A DNA stretch of 60,934 nt, counting the filler, from Myxococcota bacterium (GTDB lineage: Bacteria; Myxococcota_C; UBA6777), in NCBI GenBank assembly GCA_023150835.1. It is 3 parts of 3 records of this genome, joined end to end, with 100 filler letters (N's around TTAATTAATTAA, not from the genome) between each part and the next. Parts side by side here need not be neighbours in the genome. Positions count along the whole stretch, not along the records: positions 1 to 30,856 come from JAKLKB010000131.1; 2 more parts are not named here. The stretch is one strand, 5' to 3'. Made by a program: the position numbers and the translations under genes. Below the pieces are notes generated by a model. It made no database searches and was not told the DNA's origin. It was given only the letters and a program-made list of their open reading frames with translations. Positions within the stretch are counted from its first letter, which is position 1. Each line of letters starts with the position of its first letter. This document shows, one piece after another, positions 1 through 9,063 of the stretch.

Positions 1-228
1 TTGTTGGGGAAAGCAGGGCGTGAGGCCGGAATGGAGAAGTATCTGGGCGCGACACGCCAAGGTGAATTGTCTCTGTTTCGTATGGGTCTGATGTTGTTTG
101 ACTTGATTCCTCGTATGGAACAACGTCGCTTGCATACTCTCCTTCTCCACTTCGAGACACTTCTTCTCGGTCACTCATCGCTTTCAGAACTTCTCGGAGT
201 TTTATAATAAACTGAGGGGACGCCTCAG
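1..228 (+). mobile_element. C-terminal end of a probable IS4-family transposase plus right end of the IS
   Basis: ORF runs off the window start and ends ...ELSLFRMGLMLFDLIPRM...LLGVL* at 207, followed by CTGAGGGGACGCCTCAG (palindromic arms CTGAGG/CCTCAG); GC content drops sharply afterwards. Family call is from recalled resemblance only. Confidence 0.55.
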
Positions 229-340
229 GATAAAGAGCTTGTTTTTGATATCAAAGTGACATATACTGCGAAGGTTGGTGTGCGTGAGTATTTGGCAAGT
301 ATCCTTTACTTTGTAAAAACCAGAGGAGATATACAACACA

Positions 341-571
341 ATGGAAAAGACTGCCTTTGATGCAATTTATGAAAATGGAGTTTTCCGTCCACTATCTCCG
401 ATAGTTATAAAAGAAGGAGAACGTGTTCACATCGTAATTGAACCTCCCCAACATGGAAACGATATTCTGTCCTTGGCTTTTCAGGTTTATGAGGGACTTT
501 CCGAAGACGACATCAAACAGATTGAAAAAATTACTCTCGACCGTCGAGACTTTTTTGAGGAACATTCATGA
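341..571 (+). CDS. Antitoxin, DUF104/AF2212-like
   Basis: N-terminal AIYENGVFRPLSPIVIKEGERVHI motif, acidic C-terminus, GAGGAG RBS, ATGA overlap with the PIN toxin gene. Confidence 0.85.
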   Translation: MEKTAFDAIYENGVFRPLSPIVIKEGERVHIVIEPPQHGNDILSLAFQVYEGLSEDDIKQIEKITLDRRDFFEEHS

Positions 572-987
572 GTTCGCCTACAATTCTCGTAGATACTGAC
601 ATTTTATCAAAATTGCTTCGTGCTGAACCTATGATTGTTCGTAAAACACAATCATATCTACAAGAACATTCCTGTTTAACTTTTTCGATCATCACAAAAT
701 ATGAGATATTACGAGGATTAAAAGTAAAAACTGCTACATCTCAATTGCAAAAATTTGACCTATTTTGTCAGGCCAATGAAGTTGTTCCCATCACTGAACA
801 TATTGTTGAACTTGCTTCTGAAATTTATGCTGACTTATATCGAAGAGGGCTTTTGATTAGTGATGCTGACATTCTGATTGCTGCAACAGCCATACATTAC
901 AATTTTATTCTCTCCACTAACAATGAAGACCATTTCTCTAGAATTCAACCTCTCAAAATAGACAATTGGAATAAACAAAATGTATAA
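568..987 (+). CDS. vapC: Type II TA toxin, VapC/PIN-domain ribonuclease
   Basis: PIN acidic motifs LVDTDILS, YEILRG, DADILIAATA, TNNEDHF. Confidence 0.9.
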   Translation: MSSPTILVDTDILSKLLRAEPMIVRKTQSYLQEHSCLTFSIITKYEILRGLKVKTATSQLQKFDLFCQANEVVPITEHIVELASEIYADLYRRGLLISDADILIAATAIHYNFILSTNNEDHFSRIQPLKIDNWNKQNV

Positions 988-1005
988 TATTCAGATAGTT
1001 ATCAA

Positions 1006-1120
1006 GGCGAACAAATCACTGCACCAGACAGCCGAGAGTTTGATCAATCAACTTTCTCGATACACACAACGGATCTCCAATTACACATTTCCCGGCTGAC
1101 GGGTGAGTTCATCGTTGGTG
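1006..1120 (+). mobile_element. attC-like integron cassette recombination site
   Basis: Left arm AAC-AAATC-ACTGCACCAGACAGCCG matches the reverse complement of the right arm (AAC-GATGA-ACT-CACCCGTCAGCCG) with one extra unpaired base; ends in GTTGGTG; 115 bp; just downstream of the vapC stop. Confidence 0.7.
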
Positions 1121-1164
1121 CCGCACACCACTGAAGGGTTCAGGGCGGTTTCTTTACGTCGCCT

Positions 1165-1395
1165 CATCGAACAAAGAGAACAGACTTTCCAGTTTTCTAA
1201 TTTTGCGAACTTCACTTGCTACTCCATCACACGAGAACAACGAACAAACAGAACAGACCTTCCGATCTTCTAATTTTGCGAACTTCACTTGCTACCCCAT
1301 CCCACGAGAACATCGAACAGTCCGAACAAATCTTCCGCCATTCTAATTTTGCGAACTTCACTTGCTACTGTTCTTTCCGAACAGATCGAACAGAC
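1165..1395. repeat. 73-bp-period tandem repeat with an invariant 28-bp core (3 copies)
   Basis: TTCTAATTTTGCGAACTTCACTTGCTAC at 1195-1222, 1268-1295 and 1341-1368; the 45-bp spacers resemble each other and carry repeated GAACA motifs. Confidence 0.9.
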
Positions 1396-1445
1396 TTTTT
1401 TGGGAAACTCCCTTGCTGACTGGAGAGAAAACAGAAGAGAAGTGA

Positions 1446-1775
1446 TTACTTTTCCTCTGATAACAACTCTAATAACATTCTTCTGGCGGCTTGGTTTGGT
1501 GATTCACCATCTTCAGTTTTTTGCTCAAGAAGCTTGAGTTGTTCTTTTGTGAGGCGAAAGATCACTCTTTCTGAGGTGGGGGCTTCACCAATAAGAGGGC
1601 GCCCAGCACCTTCACGTTGTCCACCTCGTTTTGGTTGAAGACTTTCGAGTGCTTTGGAAATATTTTGGCCTCGTTGATGGATATTTTTTTGAAGTTCTCC
1701 AAGAACATCCAAAGCATTTTCTTTTCTTGTTTTGGTCTTGCTCATTTGCCTTGGACTCCCTTGCATTTTGTTCAT
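1446..1775 (-). CDS. Small putative DNA-binding protein (RHH/CopG-like)
   Basis: RGGQREGAGRP motif followed by a strand-helix-helix pattern (RVIFRLTKEQLKLLE...SPNQAARRML). Confidence 0.6.
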   Translation of the reverse strand: MNKMQGSPRQMSKTKTRKENALDVLGELQKNIHQRGQNISKALESLQPKRGGQREGAGRPLIGEAPTSERVIFRLTKEQLKLLEQKTEDGESPNQAARRMLLELLSEEK

Positions 1776-1795
1776 GTTTTTGGGGAAGCAAAAGC

Positions 1796-2047
1796 TTAGT
1801 GAAATTCTTTTCCTTCTAATCTTTCGAGTGCATGGTCGATATCGTCAGCAAGCTTTCGAATTCCCGAAGAGACCGTCCGTAAAGCAGCTTTGATCGCAAC
1901 GTTTTCGTTTTCAACACCTTCAAGAGCATCTTTCAATATGAGGTTTTCTTCCGCAAGGGCATCATTCGCAAGTTCAAGAGCTTCAATCTTTTTCAGTAGC
2001 TCTTTGTCTGTCACAATCTCTTCCTCTCTTCGTTTAGGATGACCCAC
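1796..2047 (-). CDS. Small coiled-coil hypothetical protein
   Basis: Heptad-rich 83-aa ORF, co-oriented 20 bp upstream of the RHH-like gene. Confidence 0.55.
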   Translation of the reverse strand: MGHPKRREEEIVTDKELLKKIEALELANDALAEENLILKDALEGVENENVAIKAALRTVSSGIRKLADDIDHALERLEGKEFH

Positions 2048-2072
2048 ATCATCCTATCTATACTCTAATTTG

Positions 2073-2088
2073 ATTTTGTCAACAAAAT
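2073..2088 (-). promoter_or_regulatory. Palindromic operator-like site containing a TTGACA -35 box
   Basis: ATTTTGT-CA-ACAAAAT on +, reading ATTTTGTTGACAAAAT on -, upstream of the two small minus-strand genes; no clean -10 at canonical spacing. Confidence 0.4.
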
Positions 2089-2157
2089 TTAAAAAAGCAG
2101 AACAAGCGCTCCGCGCTCTGATTTTTGTTGCGAGAACATGGAGATTGACAGAGAGGT

Positions 2158-2766
2158 GTGGGGGTAGATATGTATGAAGTGAAGGAACCTCTAGAAAGAG
2201 GGAGAGAAGTGATGCAACTTTCTTATGGTCAAATCGAGCGCCGAAGGGCAGGAACAATGGATATCAAAGAGGTTTTTGGGTTTGTGGACCCAAAAGTGCG
2301 GAATGCAGCGTTGCAAGTGGCAGAACAACTGGAAAAATTAGGGATTCGCTTTGCTCTTGCGGGCGGTTTGGCGGTAGGCGTTCACGGCTATGTAAGAGCA
2401 ACAAAAGATGTTGACTTCCTTGTTGGGGAAGAAGCTTTCGAACATCACGGGTTACTCGTGACTTTCAAGGCAGGAGTTCCCATTCAAGTGGGTGGAATCC
2501 AAGTCGATTATCTTTCGGCCCTTTCTTTGGGAAAACATCTTGTTCAAGATCTCGAACATCCTCCTGTTTGCGATGGCTTACCCGTTGTTTCCGTTGAAGC
2601 TTTGATTTACATGAAGCTGATCGCAAGAAGAAGACAAGACCAACTTGATGTGATCAAGCTCATCCAAGCGGGTATCAATGTTCGTTCCGTTCGGAAATAT
2701 CTTGAGGAATATGCCCCTGATCAACTTCCTTTCTTTGAAGAACTGCTCGAAGAAGCCGAAAAATAG
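2158..2766 (+). CDS. Nucleotidyltransferase-superfamily protein (true start may be 2212 or 2257)
   Basis: FALAGGLAV..HGYVRATKDVDFLV (GG...R.T.D.D) and MKLIARRRQDQLDV motifs. Confidence 0.8.
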   Translation: MGVDMYEVKEPLERGREVMQLSYGQIERRRAGTMDIKEVFGFVDPKVRNAALQVAEQLEKLGIRFALAGGLAVGVHGYVRATKDVDFLVGEEAFEHHGLLVTFKAGVPIQVGGIQVDYLSALSLGKHLVQDLEHPPVCDGLPVVSVEALIYMKLIARRRQDQLDVIKLIQAGINVRSVRKYLEEYAPDQLPFFEELLEEAEK

Positions 2767-2767
2767 G

Positions 2768-3133
2768 ATCGTCTTTGCTTTGAACCCACTCTACAAGCCG
2801 AAGACTTCGATGACGACACTCTCGGTCGCGCACTCGACGCTCTATTCGAGGAAAATCCCACGACGATCTTTGCTCAAGTTGCGTCTCACACCCTTCGTAC
2901 CGCAGGAATCGAGCATCACTTCTTTCACCTCGACACCACCTCGAAAGCTTTCACGGCGAAGACAAGCCCTCGAACGAACCAAACGAAGATGAACCCAAAG
3001 TAATCTCGTTGTGTCACGGGTTTCCAAGGACAACCATCCTGAACTCAAACAAGCGGTGGTCTCGTTGATTTGCTCGGGTCAAAGCTCCTTGCCGACGTGG
3101 TTTGAAGCGCTCGACGGCAATTATTCGGACAAA
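2768..3133 (+). pseudogene. IS1634-family transposase fragment, frameshifted
   Basis: FDDDTLGRALD, HLDTTS, SKDNHPELKQ and LDGNYSDK motifs spread over different frames; no intact ORF. Confidence 0.75.
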
Positions 3134-3268
3134 TTATCCGTTGATAGAGCTAAAAAAACGTGAGCCCGAGCAAGAAAAACGTTCCCCCCACCCCGCCGAT
3201 GCGAGTTCAACCGCGCCGCTCTCCTCTTGGGGGACGCAACGACGGCACCACATAGATGAAGTCGCGCC

Positions 3269-4135
3269 CTAGCGACGGATGATCGAGATGTTAAAGATCC
3301 CACGTTGCCGCGCCCGAAAGATCATGATCACGACGCGTTGAGCGCCTTTGCGAAAGTTGAACACAAACTCGAACTGTTCAAAGACCTTGCGGGAGCGGCC
3401 TTCTGCGAGATCGCGAAAGCGCCCCTCGAATTCTTGAACACGGGTACACGGAGCGACTTCTTGAAAGAAGTTTCGCCCGATAACCCGCTCTTTTGGCAGC
3501 CCGACCATCCGCGACTCGGTATCGTTGTAGCCCACCACACGGCCTCTTGCGTCAAGCTGGATCACTCCGTAAGGCAAATCATCCAATTGTTCGTTGCTCA
3601 ACTGATTCACAAAACCGATATCCACGTTCATCGAAGAGGGCATCCCCGCCATCGGAGCTTGAGCAGGCCCTTGGAACGCATAGCCGGGAGGCAAGCCCAC
3701 GCCCAAAGCACCTTCGATCGCCTCCGAAGAAAGCGGAACCGTCGCAACAGCGCGTGGCGTCTGTGACACCCAGCGCGTCTCGTTTCCTGAGGGTTCCGCA
3801 TAAGGCGGATAAGGCGAAGACGGGCGCAGGCTTGAAGAGACAGGAGACAAGGCATCACGTGCAAAGGCCGCACGATTGGGTGGATCCAGTTCAGAAACAC
3901 TTTGGAATGCCTTGCTGTCTAAGGATTCAAGCGGCATCAACGGTGCGCGGATATGATCGGGAAATTCTTGAAACAACGAAACCAACGCATCTTGCGCCGC
4001 AAGCGCATCATCGTCTTGGTTTTCGCGCAACGTCGCTTCGATCTGCCCCAATTGGCGCAAACGCTCTCGGACTTCTTCTTTGAGCTTTTGAACGATCTGC
4101 ATCGTCGGTGAAACAGAAGCCCCTGATGGCGGCAT
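3269..4135 (-). CDS. PYP-domain (PAS) protein with N-terminal helical domain and Pro/Ser-rich linker
   Basis: LDDLPYGVIQLDARGRVVGYNDTE...VIGRNFFQEVAPCT; Tyr42, Glu46 and Cys69 equivalents present; GAGGAG RBS before the ATG at 4135. Confidence 0.85.
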   Translation of the reverse strand: MPPSGASVSPTMQIVQKLKEEVRERLRQLGQIEATLRENQDDDALAAQDALVSLFQEFPDHIRAPLMPLESLDSKAFQSVSELDPPNRAAFARDALSPVSSSLRPSSPYPPYAEPSGNETRWVSQTPRAVATVPLSSEAIEGALGVGLPPGYAFQGPAQAPMAGMPSSMNVDIGFVNQLSNEQLDDLPYGVIQLDARGRVVGYNDTESRMVGLPKERVIGRNFFQEVAPCTRVQEFEGRFRDLAEGRSRKVFEQFEFVFNFRKGAQRVVIMIFRARQRGIFNISIIRR

Positions 4136-4256
4136 GCTCGACTCCTCAACAAAAACATCGCCCCCTCCGAAAGAAGGTGGCGATCGCGTGGATTCTTTTG
4201 ATTCACGACGGGACGCGGATTCTTTTGATTCACACAAAATCAAGAAGCGGCTTCTC

Positions 4257-5318
4257 TCACGATTGAGCAAGAGGTTGAAACGCCGAAGGCTGCGTATCCA
4301 GATGCCATCGAAGCGCCGAAGACAGCGCATCGACCGCACGGACTTCGTGGCTTGTTGCACCAACGAAACTCAACGGGCTTTGGGTGTCATTTCCCAAAGG
4401 ACGCACAAACATCGCCTTGCCATCGAGACTTTGTGCAGACAGCAAAAAGGTCTCTAACTCGATCCCTCGATTCCAAACCCGCTGCGCGATACACCGCACC
4501 AGCGGCATCAAAAACAGAAAATCAGGTAGATGTTTCGTGTACGTCCCCAACAGCAACACACCATCCGCATCATAAACGCCCATCTCTTGGACGGGATAGC
4601 GCTGTAGCCATGCTTGAATCTTCGATTGCAACGGCAAAGCGTAGGTTCCAATCAACGAGGACGCCTTGGCGCGGGAAGAGAGAGGCACCACACCCTGCAC
4701 CGCAGCCGGCGGAGCAACGAGCACTCCGCCATCTTTGGGAGAGATCTCACCACCAAGACGCAGGGCTGCCCGTCCTATCGCCATCCAAGGGATCTCCGCT
4801 CCACCACACACCAACACATACAACGGCGATCCATCCAAACGCAGTATGTGGATCCCTTGGCCTGCAAACTCTTGCGTTAGCACACGCACCGGCCCCTGAA
4901 ACACACGCTCCACCGCAGACCACCCACGATGCAAGATCGCCGCAAGCGCCGCACTTTGCTCACATAACCCGCGATCTCCCACAGCATCCAAAGGCGCGCC
5001 TTACGCATCGACCAACACCACCGCATCGGCTTGCGCTTCGAGTTGAAGTTGCACCAATGCTTGATGCGTCTGCGTACGTTGCGACCAAGCCAGCGGTGGC
5101 TGCGATGGCGGTTGCAGATCTAGCCCCACCCACCGCAAAAGACCTTGCGCTTCGAGTAGCTGCCCTTGAATGGCTTCGGCTTTTGCACGAAACACCGCAG
5201 CATCCGACTCCATGCGCTTTTTCTTCTGTTTGTGCTGCACCCAAAGAAAGGTGGTTGTCATCGCCCAAAACAACGCCAAGACCGCCAAGACGCTCCACAC
5301 CATTTCACTGCCGCTCAT
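4257..5318 (-). pseudogene. Membrane-anchored tandem Roadblock/LC7-like protein split by an in-frame TAA (5001-5003)
   Basis: ORFs 5001-5318 and 4257-4991 are in the same frame and read ...ADAVVLVDA*GAPLDAVG...; N-terminal TM helix; second similar motif MGVYDADGVLL. Confidence 0.6.
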
Positions 5319-5386
5319 CGCTATCTCCCAGAAATGCTACTCCCACGCAGGATATCTCTCTTTTGCGTGGTGCTTCTTCGATCGAT

Positions 5387-5615
5387 TACGATATCCGAGT
5401 GATACGAAGTCCGAATGATCTGTGATCGAAGGAGAGCGCCCAGACGCCCGATTGTTGGGCAGCCACACCTGGCTGCCCCTACATTTTTACGATCACACTA
5501 CGGGCGGATCTCGTATGATGCGTTTGCGTAGGATAGTACACAGACGCCCTATTCTTGGGCACCCGCACCTGTCTGCCCCTACGCTTTGCGATCACACTAC
5601 GGGCGGATCTCGTAT
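5387..5615. repeat. REP-containing MITE-like element, family A (two tandem units)
   Basis: Ends TACGATATCCG...CGGATCTCGTA; internal GGGCAGCCACACCTGGCTGCCCCTAC hairpin (GTAG-type REP on -); homologs near 8740-8812, 27055-27143, 32684-32794 and 49518-49815. Confidence 0.7.
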
Positions 5616-5635
5616 CACTTGTTCGCCAACAACCC

Positions 5636-5750
5636 CCGTGTTCGCGTCGGTTCAAGCGAGAGCGTCATCGTGTTGAAAAACAGAGATCGTCTCGCCAAAT
5701 ACGGAGGCATAGGGGCTGTGGCCCCTTGTGGGGTGTGGGGTGAAACCCCA
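5636..5750 (+). repeat. ~115-nt structured intergenic element, copy 1
   Basis: CCGTGTT...AATACGG long stem followed by two GC-rich hairpins ending GGGGTGAAACCCCA. Confidence 0.75.
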
Positions 5751-5796
5751 CCAAAACAAACCAACCGCGTCACTTCGAGAACAAGCCACGCCTCGA

Positions 5797-6168
5797 TCAC
5801 TCGCCTTTGAGTTGCTTTGCACACTCGCGCAGATCGTGAAGAATCAACCCCAACGCCGCCCGATCACGCGCAAGCGCCGCCAAGATCGTTCCATCCCCCA
5901 GATCTCGCCCAACCAGCACGCCTTGCGAAGCTTCGATCAAAAAGCTCTCCAACATACCGCGCCCCAACTCTTGGGCCGAACGATCCGCCACATCCGCCAC
6001 GCCAACCACCAACGGAGCGATCACATCCGACAACGCCGTCTCTCTAGGCGAGTGCGCACGGATCTGTCCGTCTCCTTCGATCAACGCCAACATCTCGATA
6101 TCTGGCGAGGCTTGGCATACCTGATCCAACAACAATTGAGCTTCGTATCGCTGCATAGACGCCACCAT
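5797..6168 (-). CDS. Roadblock/LC7 (MglB-like) domain protein
   Basis: LALIEGDGQIRA, ADRSAQELGRGMLESFLIEASQG, AALGLILHDLRECAKQL pattern; ~120 aa; start 6168 or 6156. Confidence 0.85.
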   Translation of the reverse strand: MVASMQRYEAQLLLDQVCQASPDIEMLALIEGDGQIRAHSPRETALSDVIAPLVVGVADVADRSAQELGRGMLESFLIEASQGVLVGRDLGDGTILAALARDRAALGLILHDLRECAKQLKGE

Positions 6169-6314
6169 CTTTTTGTCTCCCAACAAGGCCAACAAAACAT
6201 CGAAAGAAAAAGCCCTCTGGCATTTGGACTGTTGGCACGGCGCGCTTTCGTGCAACGCCGATAAGATGCAAGCCCACATCAAAACGTTGCGGGTGATGGA
6301 CTCCGAAAGTACGG

Positions 6315-6722
6315 TCAAGGGTTGGATTCTTCGGCGGGATCTTTAAAGTCGGGAGGGAGATCGCGGAGGGGAGAGGCTTTGGTGGTTTCAAACTGGAGCA
6401 GTTGAACTTGTCCAGCGGGCGCGCCACGGGCTTTTTGGACGTATTGGCGTTGCGTGTAATGAACGTCCACACGGCCACCCTCGCGACTGCGGCTAAAGAA
6501 AACGGCGAGCGCAGCGGCTTCTTTGAGGGTGGTTTTGGGCAAGCGGCTACATTGATCGGGGTTTTGAACGATCACATGCGAGCCAGAAGTAGGCGCGATA
6601 TGCAGCCAAAAATCGTGGGGTTTTGCGATCTTAAAGGTGAGCAGATCGTTGTCTCGGGCATTTTTCCCTACAAGGATCGTCCACCCATCCGAAGAAGTAT
6701 ACGAGCGGTAAGATTCAGCCAT
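6315..6722 (-). CDS. NFACT-R (DUF814) RNA-binding domain protein
   Basis: ILVGKNARDNDLLT, DFWLH...GSHV, AAALAVFFS, VHYTQRQYVQK motifs. Confidence 0.9.
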   Translation of the reverse strand: MAESYRSYTSSDGWTILVGKNARDNDLLTFKIAKPHDFWLHIAPTSGSHVIVQNPDQCSRLPKTTLKEAAALAVFFSRSREGGRVDVHYTQRQYVQKARGAPAGQVQLLQFETTKASPLRDLPPDFKDPAEESNP

Positions 6723-6806
6723 CGGGATCCTCATCGATATGACGGGGTGAGAGGAGTGACGCAATCGGCAAAAAAATCGATTTCTCGGAACTTATTGACA
6801 ACCCCC

Positions 6807-6921
6807 CCGTGTTCTCGGCCTTTCAGGCGACAGAGTCGTTGGCTTGAAAAACGACGCTCTCTTCGCCGACACGGGGTCAAGGGAGCCGCGCTCCCTTGCG
6901 GGGTTATGGGGCAGCGCCCCA
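6807..6921 (+). repeat. ~115-nt structured intergenic element, copy 2
   Basis: CCGTGTT...GACACGG stem, CAAGGGAGC..GCTCCCTTG and TGGGGCAGCGCCCCA hairpins. Confidence 0.75.
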
Positions 6922-6954
6922 CAAAAACCACTCAAAGCAAAAAGCGCTTTGGCA

Positions 6955-7875
6955 TCATCGAGAAGCGGGAGAGGAAGGCCCGCCCGCCATCTGTTCAAGC
7001 GCAAGGATCAAAGCGTGGGTGCCGCAGCGACCGTGTCCTTGGGCTTGGACGGCGGTATAGAGTTGATGGACCAAGGCCAGCCCGGGCAAAGGCAACCGCA
7101 TACGGCGTGCTTCATCCAACGCAAGCTGCATATCTTTGAGGAAATGCTCGACGAAAAATCCGGGATCGAAGTTGCGGCGCAAGATCCGAGGGGCGAGGTT
7201 TTCGAGGGTCCAACAGCCTGCGGCCCCTTTGGAGATCGAGGCCAGCATCACTTCGAGCTGGAGACCAGCGCGTGCGCCGTACAAAAGCGCTTCACACACA
7301 CCGATCATCGTCCCCGCGATGGTGATCTGGTTGCACATCTTGGTGTGCTGGCCGCATCCTGCGGGGCCTTGGTACATGATCGACTTGCCCATCAGCGAAA
7401 ACAGCGGAACTACCGTATCGACGGCATTTTTGTCTCCGCCGACCATGATCGCCAAACGCGCTTCCCGCGCTCCCACGTCGCCGCCCGAAACAGGTGCATC
7501 GATCGAAAAGACGCCTTTTTTCTGAGCGACTTCTGCGATCTCTTCGGCCAAGGATGGGGCGGTGGTCGTCATATCCACCAAGATCGTCCCCACTTCTGCC
7601 CCGACCAGCATCCCTTCGGGTCCAAAGAAGACTTGCCGCACATCTTCAGGGAATCCGACGATCGAAAAAGCGACCTGACTTTGTGCTGCGACTTGTGCCG
7701 GTGTATCGGCCCAGATCGCTCCTGCGGCAAGCAAGGGTTCGGCTTTGGCCTTGGTTCGGCTGTGGATGATCATCGAATAGCCCGCATCCAAAAGATGCTG
7801 GCACATCCAACGCCCCATCACACCCGTACCGATCCAACCGATGCGCGTCTTCTCGGGTTCAACCATCTGCAACAT
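6955..7875 (-). CDS. NAD(P)-dependent oxidoreductase, 3-hydroxyisobutyrate dehydrogenase/tartronate semialdehyde reductase family
   Basis: [35 protein letters not shown] motifs. Confidence 0.92.
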   Translation of the reverse strand: MLQMVEPEKTRIGWIGTGVMGRWMCQHLLDAGYSMIIHSRTKAKAEPLLAAGAIWADTPAQVAAQSQVAFSIVGFPEDVRQVFFGPEGMLVGAEVGTILVDMTTTAPSLAEEIAEVAQKKGVFSIDAPVSGGDVGAREARLAIMVGGDKNAVDTVVPLFSLMGKSIMYQGPAGCGQHTKMCNQITIAGTMIGVCEALLYGARAGLQLEVMLASISKGAAGCWTLENLAPRILRRNFDPGFFVEHFLKDMQLALDEARRMRLPLPGLALVHQLYTAVQAQGHGRCGTHALILALEQMAGGPSSPASR

Positions 7876-7877
7876 GC

Positions 7878-8684
7878 CTACGCTCCTTGGTGCTGAGGAC
7901 TTTTTGAAGGGACGCGCTCGTCTCGATACAAGCGCAAAACAAACCGACCCGCTGGATGTTCTTGAAGCGCCACCAGATCGGGGCGAAGATGTGCAGGGAC
8001 TTCTTGTGCAGGAGGAAGAAACGTCCCGTAGTTTGGGGCCAACACAGCGGGAGCCACCAAAGCAGCAAAAGTCAGATCCGCCGCGCTCAAACGATCACCC
8101 ACCAAATAACGCCGTCCATCCGAGAGTTTTTGTGCAACGTCGTCAAAGATCGCAAAAACACGCTCGCGATCTTTTTCGGCTTTGTCGCGACGGATATTCA
8201 TGGCTTTGCGCATCACAGCCCGCATCATCGGGAAAAACAAGCTCCATCGCAACTGCGACCACCGATCCTGCGAGATGCCAAACAACCGCCCCACCATCTG
8301 CCCGTCAGGCAGCAAATGGAAGTACAACCAACGGCGCACCGCAGGCCCCAAACGCTTGTCAAAGTCCGAGGCCAACGCGATCACTTCTTCCCGCTGTTCG
8401 GGAGCTTCGGGATACAAGCGCAGCGCAGGTTCGACATAGGGGTCCAAAAACAAGAGGATCGCCGCCGAATCATCGACGACTGCGTGGGGCGTCACCAACA
8501 CAGGCCGCGTGCGCCCTGCGCCAAATCTACGATTGACGATCGCGTGAAACGGCGGAAGATGCGCCTCTTCTTGAAATGACAGACCGCCGCGCTCCAAAGC
8601 CCACCGCGCTTTTTCGCAGTAGTGGCTTGGTCCGATGGTCAACAAACGCCAGCGTTCTCCTTGGGCTTGTTGCTTTTTTTCCAT
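7878..8684 (-). CDS. Glutathione S-transferase family protein
   Basis: [35 protein letters not shown]. Confidence 0.9.
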   Translation of the reverse strand: MEKKQQAQGERWRLLTIGPSHYCEKARWALERGGLSFQEEAHLPPFHAIVNRRFGAGRTRPVLVTPHAVVDDSAAILLFLDPYVEPALRLYPEAPEQREEVIALASDFDKRLGPAVRRWLYFHLLPDGQMVGRLFGISQDRWSQLRWSLFFPMMRAVMRKAMNIRRDKAEKDRERVFAIFDDVAQKLSDGRRYLVGDRLSAADLTFAALVAPAVLAPNYGTFLPPAQEVPAHLRPDLVALQEHPAGRFVLRLYRDERVPSKSPQHQGA

Positions 8685-9063
8685 ATCATCACGCTCCTTG
8701 TACGATCGAAGTGACGCAGTATCCGTCCGTGAAGTAAAAAAGTAGGGGCAGCCCCCCGTGGCTGCCCAACCACAGGGCTCTTTTTTGTGTACACGTCCCT
8801 CGGATATCGTAGATTGGGCCGTTTTCGTGGCGTTTTGAGTGGGCGAACGGAAGTTGGCGGACGGAAGGAAAAAGCCACCATGAAGAGGAGGGATGGTTCG
8901 CCTCAGAGACAAGAGGCCGTCATGAAGCAGGAACATCGGGGATCATACGACATCCTGAAGTCACGTGAGCGAAGGTATCGGAGCAGCCGCCCTTAGATGC
9001 CCGAAGACAGGGCCGTCGCAGCAGATCGCACCGAGATGCCGCGCACTTCTCTCGGCTCTCGTA

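Noticed and set aside
274..280. GTTGGTG as the cassette's upstream recombination core
   Set aside because: It is not complementary to the GGCGAAC left box and lies in an open frame (230-360) that may be an IS-truncated gene; could be chance.
1195..1368. CRISPR mini-array (28-bp repeat, 45-bp spacers)
   Set aside because: Spacers are homologous to each other, the repeat is not palindromic, and no cas genes are present; kept as a tandem array.
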